A stretch of 64,000 nt of DNA, from NCBI GenBank assembly GCA_050084985.1, contig JBITNC010000002.1:28396001-28460000 (forward strand), written 5' to 3'. The notes under the pieces are model-generated. The model was not told the origin of the DNA, searched no databases, and worked only from the letters and a program-made list of their open reading frames with translations. Of the stretch, positions 1 to 13,099 are shown one piece after another. The translations under genes and the position numbers were made by a program. Every line of letters begins with the position of its first letter. The first letter of the stretch is position 1. This DNA comes from Nageia nagi. Taxonomy: Eukaryota; Plantae; Pinophyta.

Positions 1-2359
1 TTGCAAAAGATAACAACATTAAGGCATGCCAATGAGGTTGTCCAAACATGTTCTTGAAATGTTTCAAGATTCTCCAATCATATATGTCTCTATAAAATGA
101 GTTTTTTGCTCTTTTACTTATATAGATTTGGAGAAGCCTAATTTTGAATTCACTTAGGTGTGATCGTCTATGCCAACATGTACATAAGACAATGCAAAAT
201 TAGAAGATATTAGTTAAGTTTATTCTCAAAATAACCCCAAATGGGCCTAAATTTATTTTAAATTGTACACTGCAAATTTTAGACCACATATTATGATCAT
301 GTTTGTATCTATAAAATGACCTTTTTGTTTTTTTCTTTATATAAATATACAAAAGTGTACTTTCAAATTCACCACCAATGTGTAGATGAAATAATATGAA
401 ATTAAAATATATTAATTTTAATTTATAAAATGACCTCAAATGGGTCCAAAATTGATATTTTTCAAAAATCAAATAAACACTTAATAAAAATAATTTTACA
501 TGGCTAAGATGCAAATTTAGATATCTACAATCATCATCATAGTTCACATAGTCTCCATTATCACTAACTAGAATTTGTATGTTAAGTTTTACTTTTTGGT
601 TATTCCTATAGTAGTTTCTTTGAGTTTCAAAGTTCAAAAGGATGTGCAAATAAGGGTGAAGAAAACACAAAAACAGTTCTACAAAAATATGATGCCACAA
701 ATTTAGAAAATTATAGGTTTTGCAAATTAGGGTTTTGAAAGAAAAATAAGATGTTAAAGCTAAAAGCATAAGACTTCGACAAAACAAAACATGCAAAATA
801 GATGTAGTTGTCTCAAAATAGTAAGTAAAGATAAAACCCATTTAGGTACATTTGTAATGGAGCTAGATTGCACATAAGCATAATATATAAAAGGGGAAAT
901 AATTTAATAATTATTTTGTAACTTACAAAAGGTCAACCATCATATTTCATTTTTGGTGACCTACCACTTTTCACATTCCAAATGGGTGAACTATCACCTC
1001 CTATTAGTTTTCTACATAAGTAGATGTATTCTAGATGTAAAGATGTAATAACATAGTCTCACATCTCTTATCAAAAATTGCTAGCATTATACTCTTATAT
1101 TGATCAATAAAATCAATTTATAGCTTTATGGATATTAAATTCTATCTCTTTTTCTATAACAAAGTTTTGTTATGACTACTTTCAATTCTAGGTTATCAAT
1201 ATGTTTATGTAAGTAAAGTTGTTCTCCCCAAATCAACACAATTTGTTTATATCTAGATAATGAAAATAGTCTAATTGCAATATGTAGTATAGGAAATTAT
1301 AATTATATGAAATTTATAATAAACGATATGAAGAAGACTTATATGGAATTTACAAATCAAAGGTAGGTTAATAGACAACTTATGACCTTGGAGGATAAAT
1401 CTTGGCATTCTAAAGTGAATAGATGATGAACTCATGCTCAAGATTGAACTCAACTCTCATGACTAGTTCGAAGTCAATTTGCCTCAAGGATCAAATTGCC
1501 CTTGTATGAGATGGAGATCCCAAAACCTTTAACATTTTTGCACTCACAAAATTTTGGCACACAATAATGTTTAGTTGATGCATTTTGTGATATTATGGAT
1601 GACTTTCACATTTGCCTCGCAAAATTCTACTTTGACACCTACAAATCTAACTTGAAAAAAAAAAGAGGAACAATATGATCAATCTTACAAAAAAATTTAA
1701 TGGTAGAGCATATCAAGGTGATTATGTCATGTAATTCTAAGATGCTTAGATCTCATCAAATGAGTCTTTTGCTTTTGCTTCATATAATGATTGAGAAATC
1801 TAGTTTTGAATTCACCAAAGTACCTAAGCCAACGTGTACATAAACAACACTAAATTAGAATATACTATTTAGTTTATTCAAAACAACCCTACATGGATCT
1901 AAAATTTGGCATTTTGAATAAATAAAGTAAAAGACAAAAAAATCATTAAATTAATGGTTAAAATGCAATTTTGACATCTACATAATCTACTAAACTATTT
2001 ATGTTTTATCTTATCTTATTGTATGGCATTTTTAGACCCTTTATTTGGTGTTCCTACACTCATGTCACTAATGATTGAAATAAGTATGTGGAGGGACATG
2101 CACCAAGAAATGTAAAGACTCGATCATTCTTGGAATGCATTGGGAGGGAATTTGACGAGTCCATTACAACTTCCATTTGACAAAATGGCAAACTCTTCAA
2201 GGGGTGGGGGGAAGTGCTTTATCATTATCAAAATTTACCCCAATAATAATCCAAGATAAGAAACCATTCTCTTCTAATTATCTTTGTTTTGCAAGCTTTA
2301 AATACATTTTGCATTGAACACACAAGCCTTCACACACAACCCAAAGCAAAAGGGACAAT

Positions 2360-2480
2360 CAATTTCATGCATGATTTAGTGCAAGATGAATATGTAAAGT
2401 TCATATATTGCGAATATGAAGATTAGCTTGCTAACATCTTCACTAAACCTTTAGTGATTGATCGATTCCTTTATCTCTTA
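2360..2480 (+). pseudogene. Copia RNase H C-terminal fragment
   Basis: Translates to ...ED*LANIFTKPL..., a decayed ADIFTKPL motif. Confidence 0.6.
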
Positions 2481-2746
2481 TACATTGTTCCAAATGAGGA
2501 AACTTGTATACATGTAAAATTATAATTTCATGATCCAAAATGACTTCATTTTTGCGATTTACTTAATTTACGTTGGGCCCATTTTGGATAATTCTTAGCT
2601 CACTTTTAAATGAAATCTAAGACAATGTTATCTCATATGCACATTCTTCTATAAGTGTCCATTTAAGTGAACCCAAAATCTAATTTGTCAAATCTAAAGA
2701 TAGGAAAAAAATCATCATCAATTATCTTCCATTTTCATAACATGAT

Positions 2747-3745
2747 TGTAATGTCCCAAATTAGTAAAATAATATTTTACTCAAAAATGCAATTTCCAAA
2801 TCAAAACATTTTTGTGATTGAGTCAGAAAATCAAATATGAAATAAAGTGCAACAAATAAAATACTCAAAATTCATCCAAAAGTTGCCCTAAGGTTAAGAG
2901 TCACACTACAAAGCCCAAAATGGAGTAAAAATGGCCCAATGGGTTGGATGTTTGGCTTAAGAGACCAAATCTGACAAATAACAACTCCAAAAGCTCAATT
3001 GGCTAGATATTTGAGTCCAAGAGGTGGAAGGATGCCCCGAAAGGTGAAAACTCTCCTCCAAGATTGGACGCCACACTGTTAGGGCCTCAAACCCCTAGAT
3101 TTGAACACTAAAATCACAACGAACCACTCCACAAGCTGGATGCACCCACTGAAGGTATTCCAACTATCGAAACCAATGCTTTGGAGCACCCCATGAATCC
3201 TATGGGGGATTCACTACTATGAACACAAGGGTTTCGTCTGTGGTCCGCACAAAACTCCTCAAAGGTTTTCGTCCTTAAGAAGTCTCCTTACTACATGTTT
3301 TCGTCCACAAATAGGAATGAGAAACAAGTCACTCACTCAAGAGATAGAACATGGTAGATGATGAAGATACCCTCTAAGTGAGACACCTCCCCTCTAAATA
3401 GTTGGATGTCCCATCATATGTGTCATAATGGAGCCAAGATATTACAATTTTCAAGTTAAATGCCTCTTACATTTGGGCGCTCCAACAAGTGCCTCAAAAA
3501 TGATAACAAATGACAAAAATAAATTACTCCTAGTTATGGACATGCCATATGGAAATAACAAATTCGTTCTTACAACATTCACAATGCCACCTTGGGCCCA
3601 CAATAGCTAAAAATAATCTCAAAATACACCTACTTGATCAAATACTCCTAAAATCATTTAAAAGGTGGATGTCCCCCCTTCAAAGTGACTAATTTTAGAT
3701 ATTAATGGATCATAAGAATATGATGCTAAAATTGGGAACATTGCA
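2747..3745. mobile_element. Solo LTR (Gypsy-type), 999 bp
   Basis: Termini TGTAATGTCCC...GGGAACATTGCA with a perfect 5-bp TSD ATGAT. Confidence 0.85.
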
Positions 3746-5262
3746 ATGATCATCAACAAATGAAGTAGAGTAACCTTTCAATATAAGTGTAGCTTGAAAT
3801 GGGCAATAACATCTAATGTTTTAACACATCATCCCAAAATGCTCGACATTTTGGCCTGGCATGGGTGTTCTAGTTTTGATGTTCTTTGACTTCAACAATT
3901 GATCCAAATCACTCTAGAACTTCTTTGCACTTGTTCGAGGATATCCAAAACAAAATCATTCTCATCTTCAAAATTATCACTTCAACATTAGATTTATCTC
4001 TAGAATCATCAAGATTTGTCATCAGGCTATTGCTAAGGTTCTCTCTCCAAGATCACAAGTAATCTGCCAACAAGTCTGTCAATCCTCCACCCTTCGTATA
4101 AGTATTCTCCTTATCTTGAACTCTACATAGTAACATACTACTGTAAATCTATTTCATTCTAAAGGCAAATTAAATGTGCATGATTTAATAGATTGTCTTC
4201 AATTTTTGTATCTACACAATGCGATAAGAAACACCAATGCTCTCATAATTTTCTACGATGATTGCAACTTTTGATGCCTGGATAATAGACTTGATTTTCT
4301 CTTGTAAATGTTCCATGGTTCAATATTTTCTTCTTCTTTCTTGTCTCTTTAAGGAATCTTAATCGCTTATATTCCTTTTTCAGGCCAGTAAAATACTATT
4401 TGCAAAGGAACAACAAATAATACATAACATAAACTTTATCAGCATCTTACTATTATTATTTTGCTAATGACCACTATATAATTAACTCAATCAGAGTTAA
4501 ATTAAAAAATAAAATAATAGAATCTAGGGTACCTGAGATTGGCAATCACAGGTGAATAAGTACAACAAAGCAGCAATACACCATTCTTGTTTCAGCATCT
4601 TGTGATTCAAGTTTAGCATTTACAGCTTCAACTGGCCCATGCTTAGCTTCCTTTATTTAGATGAGCCAAGTACTTCCAAAGCATTACAATCATTTTTAAC
4701 TTTATCCACTACCTGCTGTGAGTCATTGTTTATGTCACAGCTAATTTTCATTGTTCAAACTTGATCTGTCAGGCATTACCCAAAAAAAGAAAAATAGCTA
4801 TCAGAAAAATAAGCTAAAACATCAAGGAAATACCACCAAAGTGTACGTTTCAATAAAGAGACTGACAAGGAAACCTACATGACCTGTAAATGATTACATG
4901 ACACAACTTTGTCTTCAAATTGTTATAATTTCCGTGATAACTGATAAGTAATGAACAGTGATGCCAATTAATGGAGCAATTTAATTTGTATGTATGCAAT
5001 TGCAACCTATTCAAGTGATGGACATAAACATAAGAAGTACTATAAACTAGTATGATGAAAATAAAAGAAAAACTACATTTATAGAAAAACTACATTTATA
5101 GGAGTAGAGCACTTTCATTTTTTTCGAGAGCCCAAATCAGAGGGAATGAAAGTAATTTTGCATGGTGGCCAGTATTTTATCCTGATTCCCAAGATCGTCT
5201 TTTTTTTCTTTTCTTTGAAGTTTTTAATGACTGTGTACGAGAGGTATTTACAAGGGAATGCT

Positions 5263-5378
5263 TCAAGGTAGTTCCTTTTCATCCAAATCGAAGGGCAAAA
5301 TCAAGTTAAGAACAATAGCTAGCAAGCCCCCCACTGAAAATCCATTAGACAAGAGTAATATGATAGAATCTCGAAAAC
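5263..5378 (-). CDS. UapA/UapC-like NAT/NCS2 permease, last coding exon (TM14, TGA stop)
   Basis: Encodes GFRDSIILLLSNGFSVGGLLAIVLNLILPFDLDEKELP*. It follows a 150-bp GT-AG intron (5379-5528) in consistent phase. Confidence 0.93.
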
Positions 5379-5528
5379 CTGCAACAAATTTAGAATTGTG
5401 AGACCTTTGTATTGCCTTAAAGAGATATGCATAACTAACACAACCATATATGCAACAATACACATATGCATGAAATACTCTCCAAAACCACACAATCTAA
5501 ATGATTGTAAAAATAAGCAATGCCATAC

Positions 5529-5990
5529 CTCTATAGCTTGCACTCCAATTGGGGTTCACAGGCCAAAGATTACCTTGAAAGGGATAATTTGATTGCCCAG
5601 ATATATTAACCCATGATGGTACTAAATTCACCCCAAGACCAATGCCTAAAGAAACTATTGCAATGAATCTATTCCTTCGGGTTAACCCCTTCAGGTTCAA
5701 AACACGGATTCCAGAGACCACAACACTCGCAAAAAGAAAAGTTGTCATTCCACCCAAAACACAATCTGGTATTGAAACAAGAATTGCTGCAAACTTGGAA
5801 AAAATTCCCAAGAGCAAGAGCCATACACAAGCAGCAATTCCTGCTTGACGAGATGCACATCGAGAAAGAGATATCACTCCATTGTTCTGGGCATATGTAG
5901 TAACAGGTGTCATTGTTCCCAATGCTGCCCAAAATGTATTTAGTCCATCAGCTAAGACTGCACCTTGGACTGATTTCTCAAATTCAGATC
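5529..5990 (-). CDS. UapA/UapC-like NAT/NCS2 permease, penultimate exon (TM9-TM13, NAT signature)
   Basis: Encodes (G)SEFEKSVQGAVLADGLNTFWAALGTMTPVTTYAQNNGVISLSRCASR...VLGGMTTFLFASVVVSG...LTRRNRF. Acceptor CATTCAG ends at 5991, donor GTATGG starts at 5528, and there are no stops. Confidence 0.95.
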
Positions 5991-8900
5991 CTGAATGCAG
6001 AAGATATTCATTTTAATAATCATTACTTATGAATGGAAAAACCATGCATATTATTCTGGAGGCAATTTGCTGAAAGTAAAATATGAATAGGACCTCAATA
6101 TTAAAAGTTAACACATAATATTCAAATTACGTCCTTTTTCCCATGTTATTGGAAAAAAAGAAACTTTCTAATGATCTTTTCTTAGTGGTACGTAATCTTC
6201 CTGTTAGTTAGAATTTAGAAACATGTGGATTGTGATTATTTGAGCAATCAAAAGAATAATGTTTCACATAATCACTCTCAAATAAGCAATAAAGGTATAG
6301 ACAGAAGACCAGAAGCTTTCAGACAATTATCCAAAAACCCAAACTTTGAAGATGAACAAAAAACTACTAGTGATATGAACACTCTCTAGGATGAAAATAT
6401 CCACGCATGGAATATGAAGAACATGGATGATATTACTCTCTAGCAGGAAAATAGATCCAACGGACTTAATGTTTATAAAAGATTTCATCTGCTTGGTACA
6501 AGAAAATCCAACATAAATAAATTGGCTAAAACAATCAAGATGGTGAAGAGGCTGAAATACTCTTATACAGATTGATTGATTTATGTTGTAGACAAAACTT
6601 ACAACTATCAAATAGTCAGTCGATCAATAAACAACAAATATATAAATCAACAAAGAACACGTGCATGCTTACTGTGGTAGTATTTCCATTAATTATACAT
6701 ACATTTACAAGTCATTACAAGTCATCTCTCATGAAGGATTCAATGCCTCAAATGGAGGATCACAAACTCATCAATACATGATAAAGACATCTCCAATAAC
6801 AAAAAATGGAGGCTCGCCATCTCTCATGACACCCGCACTTTTACCGCAGTGCATTAGTACATCAATTATTAACATCCATAGCACCACATCAATTATGTCA
6901 CTTCAGACATTATTAACAATTAAAACTTAGCAGAAAAAGGTATTGTGTGTACTAACATGGCAATATGAAAATTTATTCAAGTTTGAACTTACCTGCTAGC
7001 TAGTTCATAATCAAATTTCTGCTCTTTAGTCTCATCTAGGTGTTTTGACTTAATCAACTTAATGAAGCATTAACTATTTGTTTCCAACATTCTTCCCTTT
7101 ATCGAACAGAGGTAAGAATGGATCACCTCTGCATTATATATCTCCTGAAGAAGTCTAAACAATCAAATATCTTGCACTGGTGGAGGATCCAAAAACTAAC
7201 TCTATAAAACAAAGGTTTTACAGACTTCACAAGACAACTCCAATGATGGAGACTCTTCATGTCATCTCTAAACATGGAGAGGATCTGCTGCAAACAATCT
7301 CACTTTTGCTTCTGCAGAGGATTAATTAGGCAATCCTCTTGCCTCACACTTCTAAAGAAAAGGATACACAACCGTCTATGGTCTGATTCATCTCCAATGG
7401 AAGAACTGAAAAAACATCTCTCTTTCAAGAGGTTCTATCAACTCTCAATATCTACCATTTAATGAAGGATCTACCAAGCAACTCTACTCACTTCCTATGC
7501 ATGTGGAAGGTTTAAGCATCTTGGACTGTCTGTAAATGACATCTCCCATCATGTGGAGGATCTATAACTGAAAGTCAACTCTGAAAGAGGGTTATTTCTA
7601 CATTTCCAAGATTGAAGGATCTATACTATTACAGCTACACATCTCTGTATGAAAGGAATCAACTAACAATAACAGACAATGTAGAAAACATCTTCAATGA
7701 CCATGGTAGATACGATATATCAACTCCAGTAGTGGAGGATACACCTCAAGACATAACATTCTTCTGAAGCATGCTATTGGTTCTTTTCAGTACTTTCTTA
7801 AAAAATCCCGAAAATGTTCACCAATTGATACCACTCATTGCTTTTCAACCATTCACAATAAACATCTATACATTTTTGTGGCTTCTATGTCAACAATCTT
7901 CAACTCTATCATTCCACTTGCCACAACCATGCATGTATTAAAGTTCCAACACTTCAATTATTTATGACATTTTCTACCACAATGTACACAATATTCATTC
8001 TTACTCTCTTCTCTTGTAAAAATGAATTGTTGCCATATTATGATGACTCAACTTGCTATTTTTCTTCCCTTCATCCAGAATGGCACTTGGTCCCTTCACT
8101 TGCTGCATTATTTGAGAAAGATTCCTCAAATATATATGGCTTTTTTAACAAACTTTGTCTCCCCTATTAATTTTGCTAACTCATATTGTATTTATTCATT
8201 TTGTGAATCACTCTCAAACAATAATTGCAGACTTGGCAAAAATGACAGCAAACTTGTAAAACCAAATGAATATACTTCACACAGAGATTAGCACAACAGA
8301 ATAAGAAAAGATCAGATTTTGACACTTCAATGGAGTCTTTTATTGCTTCAAAATTACTACATATTGTCCCAAAACATACAGACAACAACATCCACACACA
8401 AACAAAAACAATGGACAATATATAACATTTTGTGTATGACCTTTCAATTTCTCGTGCCAGTTAGATTTTCATGGAGTTTTTTTTCTCCCACATGTCGCTT
8501 GGTTTTTTTGAAGCTCAAGAGACATGGACTTCTTTTATTTTATTTTATTTTTGTCTATTTTTTTAGCAAGAAATCGACATGTCAATTTTCTTATGAAGCA
8601 ATCAACTCTTCCTTCTCCCTTTTGATCACGAAAGAGGTCATTAATCTATTCTGCAGCCTTAGGAACTGCTTCACCTCCACACCCTTAGTGAAGATATTTG
8701 CAAGCTGATCAATGGTATTGCAAAACTCCAAATCAACATCAGCTCTTTGAATCATGTTTCTTATGAAATGAAATGAAACAGGATTTCATGCAATTTGGAT
8801 TGTACTTTGGTTGTCGCAAAATAATGTAGTGATCAAACTAGAGGCAAGTGAGAAACAATTGTTGGAAGTTAATTTTCAATCATCAAAACTATCTCCCCAA

Positions 8901-10897
8901 TCAGAATCCATCCATCCAATCAATCCAAAATTAAAGACATGAGTAATTAACTACAAACTCCAAAGTACCTCTAACATACCTCAATATCTATTTCACTTAC
9001 CCGCAAGTGAGGTGTAGAAGGATCAGCCATAAACTTGCTTAGTAAACTCATCAAATATGTAATATCCAGTCTTGTAGCAGTAAAGAAGATAAGGCTCCTA
9101 ACCATGCTATAAAAGTGAGTTTCATTTACCTTTTCAACCTCGTCATCCTTGGACAAAACAACTCCTTAAGCATAGAGTGTAGATGTAGCCTTACAAGTTT
9201 TGATGTTGAATTTCTTGAGCATATCCTTGGCAAAGTTTTTTTGCCCAATAAAAATACCACTTTCATCTTGGTGCACTTATATGCCCTAGAAATAACTCAT
9301 CCATCCAACGTCCTTCATCTCAAACACTTTCATCATAGACTCCTTGAATTAATTCTTCATCGTAGTAAAGCATCTGGTGTAGATCAAATCATCTACATAC
9401 AAACACACACAAAATATCAGAACCTTCTCCTTTGATATAGAGTATGGACTCACTCTTAATCCTTGCTTCAAGAACCAACTATTTGTCCTTTCAAACATCT
9501 CTAGGAGCTTGCTTAAAGTAATGTATAGATAAAAAAATAAATGATAGTGAATTAAAACATGTTCATTTATCATGTTTGTGGAATGAAAATTGATTGAAAG
9601 CAATATGTAGTATAGGATCTTGCAATTAGGATTATGCAATTAGAGAAGATATAGAGAAAACTTATTTGGAAGGCGAAGGATTGGAGGCTCGCTTACAAAC
9701 AACTTGTGATCTTGGAGGGTGAACCCTAGTTGCAATTAAATGATAAATCTCGATAATTTTGGACGTAATTCTACATATAAATATGAGATGATCTTGAAAA
9801 TGATGACTGTAGATATGATTTTGAATTGGACAATGCTAAAGCAAATGTGCAAACATTCCAAAACAAACTAGTTCAACTAATAGGGTTGTTGAGGTTTGAG
9901 ACCAAAGTGTCCACGTCTAAGGCCTGCGGTGCTAAAGCACTAGCATTATTGGCTTGGGTGCTGAAGCATTGGGATTCTAGGCTTGGGTGCTAGAAAGTTG
10001 GGTGTTCTAGGCCTAGGTGTCGGAATGTTGGGCATTTTGTCTTAGATGCTTGTTTCAAGTTGTGCTCCTTCTAGGAGACAAATTTCAGATCTTTGGATGT
10101 TTCTAAAATTCAACTACAATGATAGAAGATGGCATTGCACTTTTCTTGCTTGATCTTTAATAATGATATTCTTAATGATTGGACATCATTTTTCCTTGTT
10201 CACGTTGCACTATATCTGAAATGAGTACTTGGGAGTGATTTATAAAGAATTCAAAATTTTATTTCGCATTCACCTAGGTGAACTCACTTAAAACAATGTG
10301 CATAAAAGATAATACTAATTTAGATAAGTTCACTTAAGCTTGATTTGGCCATTGTGGGTCCAACTTGAAATTTTGTATTAAATTAAATAAAAACACTTAA
10401 ATGAAATAATTTTAAATAGCTAAAATACAAATTTAATTGTCTACACCATGCAAGGCCTTCTTCAACCAATAAGCAAATCCCTCTTTTTACTTCACTTTAA
10501 AACATTTGAGCTACTCCACATAGATCTCTTCTTTGATGTACACATTTAGGAAGGCTGAATTCACATCCATTTGATAAATATTCCACCCTTTTATGGGCTG
10601 CTATAGCTAGAACCATATGATGGTCTCTATCTTAGTCTAAAGTGGAAAGGTCTCTTCATAATCAATGCCTTATCTTTGTGTGAGGCCTCTTGCCACTAGC
10701 CTAGCTTTGTGTTTTTCAACAATTCCATCACTCTTGTGCTTAGTCTTAAACACTCATTTTATCGCAATTGTTTTATCCTTAGGCAATTCATACAGTTGTC
10801 ATGTATCATTTTTTTTTATGATGATGATCTTCGCTTTCATGAAATTCCTCCAAATCATATTCTTATTAGCCTCCTCAAATGAAGAAGGCTCCATGTC

Positions 10898-11936
10898 TGT
10901 AATGTCCCCAATTTTGACATCTTATTCATTTTGGGATTTTGATGCCTTGTGTAGGCCACATGGAGTGGGACGTTCCCCTTGGGGAATAGCTAAAGGTGTT
11001 TTGATGTATTTTGTAGAATTAGGAGTGATTTCATATTTCATTGCATTATAATTACCACTTAGAATGGGATGTCCCTCTTCTAGGGATGATTCATTGTATT
11101 TACAAATGATTATGTAAGTAGGAGTCATTTTGTAATTTTGGCATGACATCTAGGAGATTTGTGATTCCATGGAGCAATTGTGAGCCCTAATGTGGGATGT
11201 CTCCCTCCTTGAGGTAATTAGGTGTGTTTCTTGCGTTTCCTTGTATGCTCTCAATTGTAATGTGACTATGGGGATCTATAGGAATGATTGTTGTGACCTC
11301 GAGGTCAATTGGTGAGCCACTTGTTGGGATGTCCAGCTATAAGGAGGAGCACACCATTTGGAGGACATCTTTCAGTAATTCATCATCATTTCTTCTTTGG
11401 AGACTTGGCCTAGGGTCAATTCCATTTCCTCTTGTAGGTGAAAACTACAAGAGACGGTTTAGGAGGATTCACACCTTTTCTAGATCTCATTCGGTGGTAT
11501 TCCAAGGCAGCAATCTTACTAAGAACTAGACTTGGAGAGGCCTTCAATGGAGCGTCCAGCTTGAGGGAGTGTTTCTCTCCCATTTTAGAGTTAGATCCGG
11601 GGGTTTGAGGCCCTAGTAGTGAGACACCAACCTTCTTGGGGATGATTTGAGTTTGATTGAATCGGATTTGGTACATAGATCTAGACATCCAGCTCTTTGG
11701 AACATCATTGCTGCAGTTTGAGCACTTGGAGTGGTTCACCCCACCCTTGGGCTTCATATTTTACTCATTTGATATTTGTACTTGCTCATCTTGGTGAATA
11801 AAATTGATTGGCACTTGGATCTGAATTTTGGTGGCTTATTTGCAATTAATTTCAGAATCATTTCAGATCTGACTTATTTGTGTAATTCTGAATTATTTTG
11901 AGAAAATTCTGGTCTTTCCTAGTTTGGCATATTTCA
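10898..11936 (+). mobile_element. Solo LTR inserted in Copia A
   Basis: TG...CA termini with perfect TSD ATGTC. The Copia frame resumes across it (VHFALMFKED|MEPSSFEEA). Confidence 0.85.
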
Positions 11937-12154
11937 ATGTCTTCCTTGAACATTAATGCAAAGTGGACAACATCACTTTGCACCATCTCAACATCACCAT
12001 CTCTATAAATGTTTAACTTCTCAATTCTACTCATGACTTCATCCAACTCCTTTGCTTGACTTCTATTTAGTCTCTTATTAAAATAGGAACACCATCAGTA
12101 GTGCCACTATCATGATCATCCTCACTTGAAGAAGAGATGCCACTTGTGCCACAT

Positions 12155-13099
12155 TGTAAAGTACCTTTCTAGGGTTTATCCAATTTAGCATTCAATTCCG
12201 CATTTATTCACACATTAGGGCATCAATGAACATGCTCATTAATCATCCAAATATGCGCTGAAAATTGGAATATAACAGCAGTAGCCAAATCTGATATAGA
12301 GCTCTTATAACATGTGAATATGACCAAAGCTACGGCACAAATCAGATCTGTTACATAAGTATAGCTCCAAAGTACTCAGTTCACATACATTCTCATGCAC
12401 AAACAAGATAGTAGCATAGCAAAGATATATAAGAACATTCATTCACATTTGAGATGCAATATGAGAGCCAATATCATCAATAATCAACCAAGAATAAGTG
12501 CAGGGCTGTAACAAGTTCTAGGGCAACGCCCAAGACTCCAAAATGCTCAAATTAGACTCCTCAAAATTGGCATATGTCCCAAGAAGGCTCCCAAGCTAGG
12601 CACAAGTCTAAAGATGTCTCCCAATGGCTAGCACAAGCTCTCCAAGAGATGTAGAAGTGTAGATGAGCCACTTCTAGGCTAAGGAGTAGCCCTAAAACCT
12701 ACAAGGTAGAGAAAGGAAGCATCCCTAAGCTCTGAATGATCCAAGATCGAATGCACAAGATGATCTCTTCAAGTGATCACATGTCTTGCCTTTATAGGAG
12801 CTCAAACTTGCAAAATAAATCGCCCAAGGGCAGCAGACTAGAAGGGAGCAACATTAAAAATATAAAATAACTCCTAGGTCTCCCTAGGATGGCCGACTAG
12901 GCATGGGAGTACAGTTACTTAAAGTGGCCCTTTAATACAAATATAATTTGCCCTTTTTGAGCGCTTGCCTTTAAGGCATAAATATAAGCATGATAAATAC
13001 ATAATTTGACAAAAAAAAAACTCCTAATCTAAGTACTAAAAATCACAATGAATAGGCATGAGGAATAACGTATAGGTGTCCCAAATTGGGGACATTACA
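12155..13099 (-). mobile_element. Solo LTR inserted in Copia A
   Basis: Termini TGTAAAGTACC...GGGGACATTACA. TSD CACAT, with the right copy overlapping the terminal CA. Confidence 0.7.

Noticed and set aside
200-841. 213-aa ORF
   Set aside because: Low-complexity AT-rich translation overlapping a dispersed degenerate repeat (similar copy ~1740-1900), with no motifs.
4380-5260. Additional exons downstream of the permease stop
   Set aside because: The sequence looks unique and has splice-like sites, but I found no supportable ORF. It is probably 3' UTR or flank.
10898-13099. DNA transposon with perfect 16-bp TIRs
   Set aside because: It resolves into two oppositely oriented solo LTRs, each with its own TSD, separated by Copia sequence.
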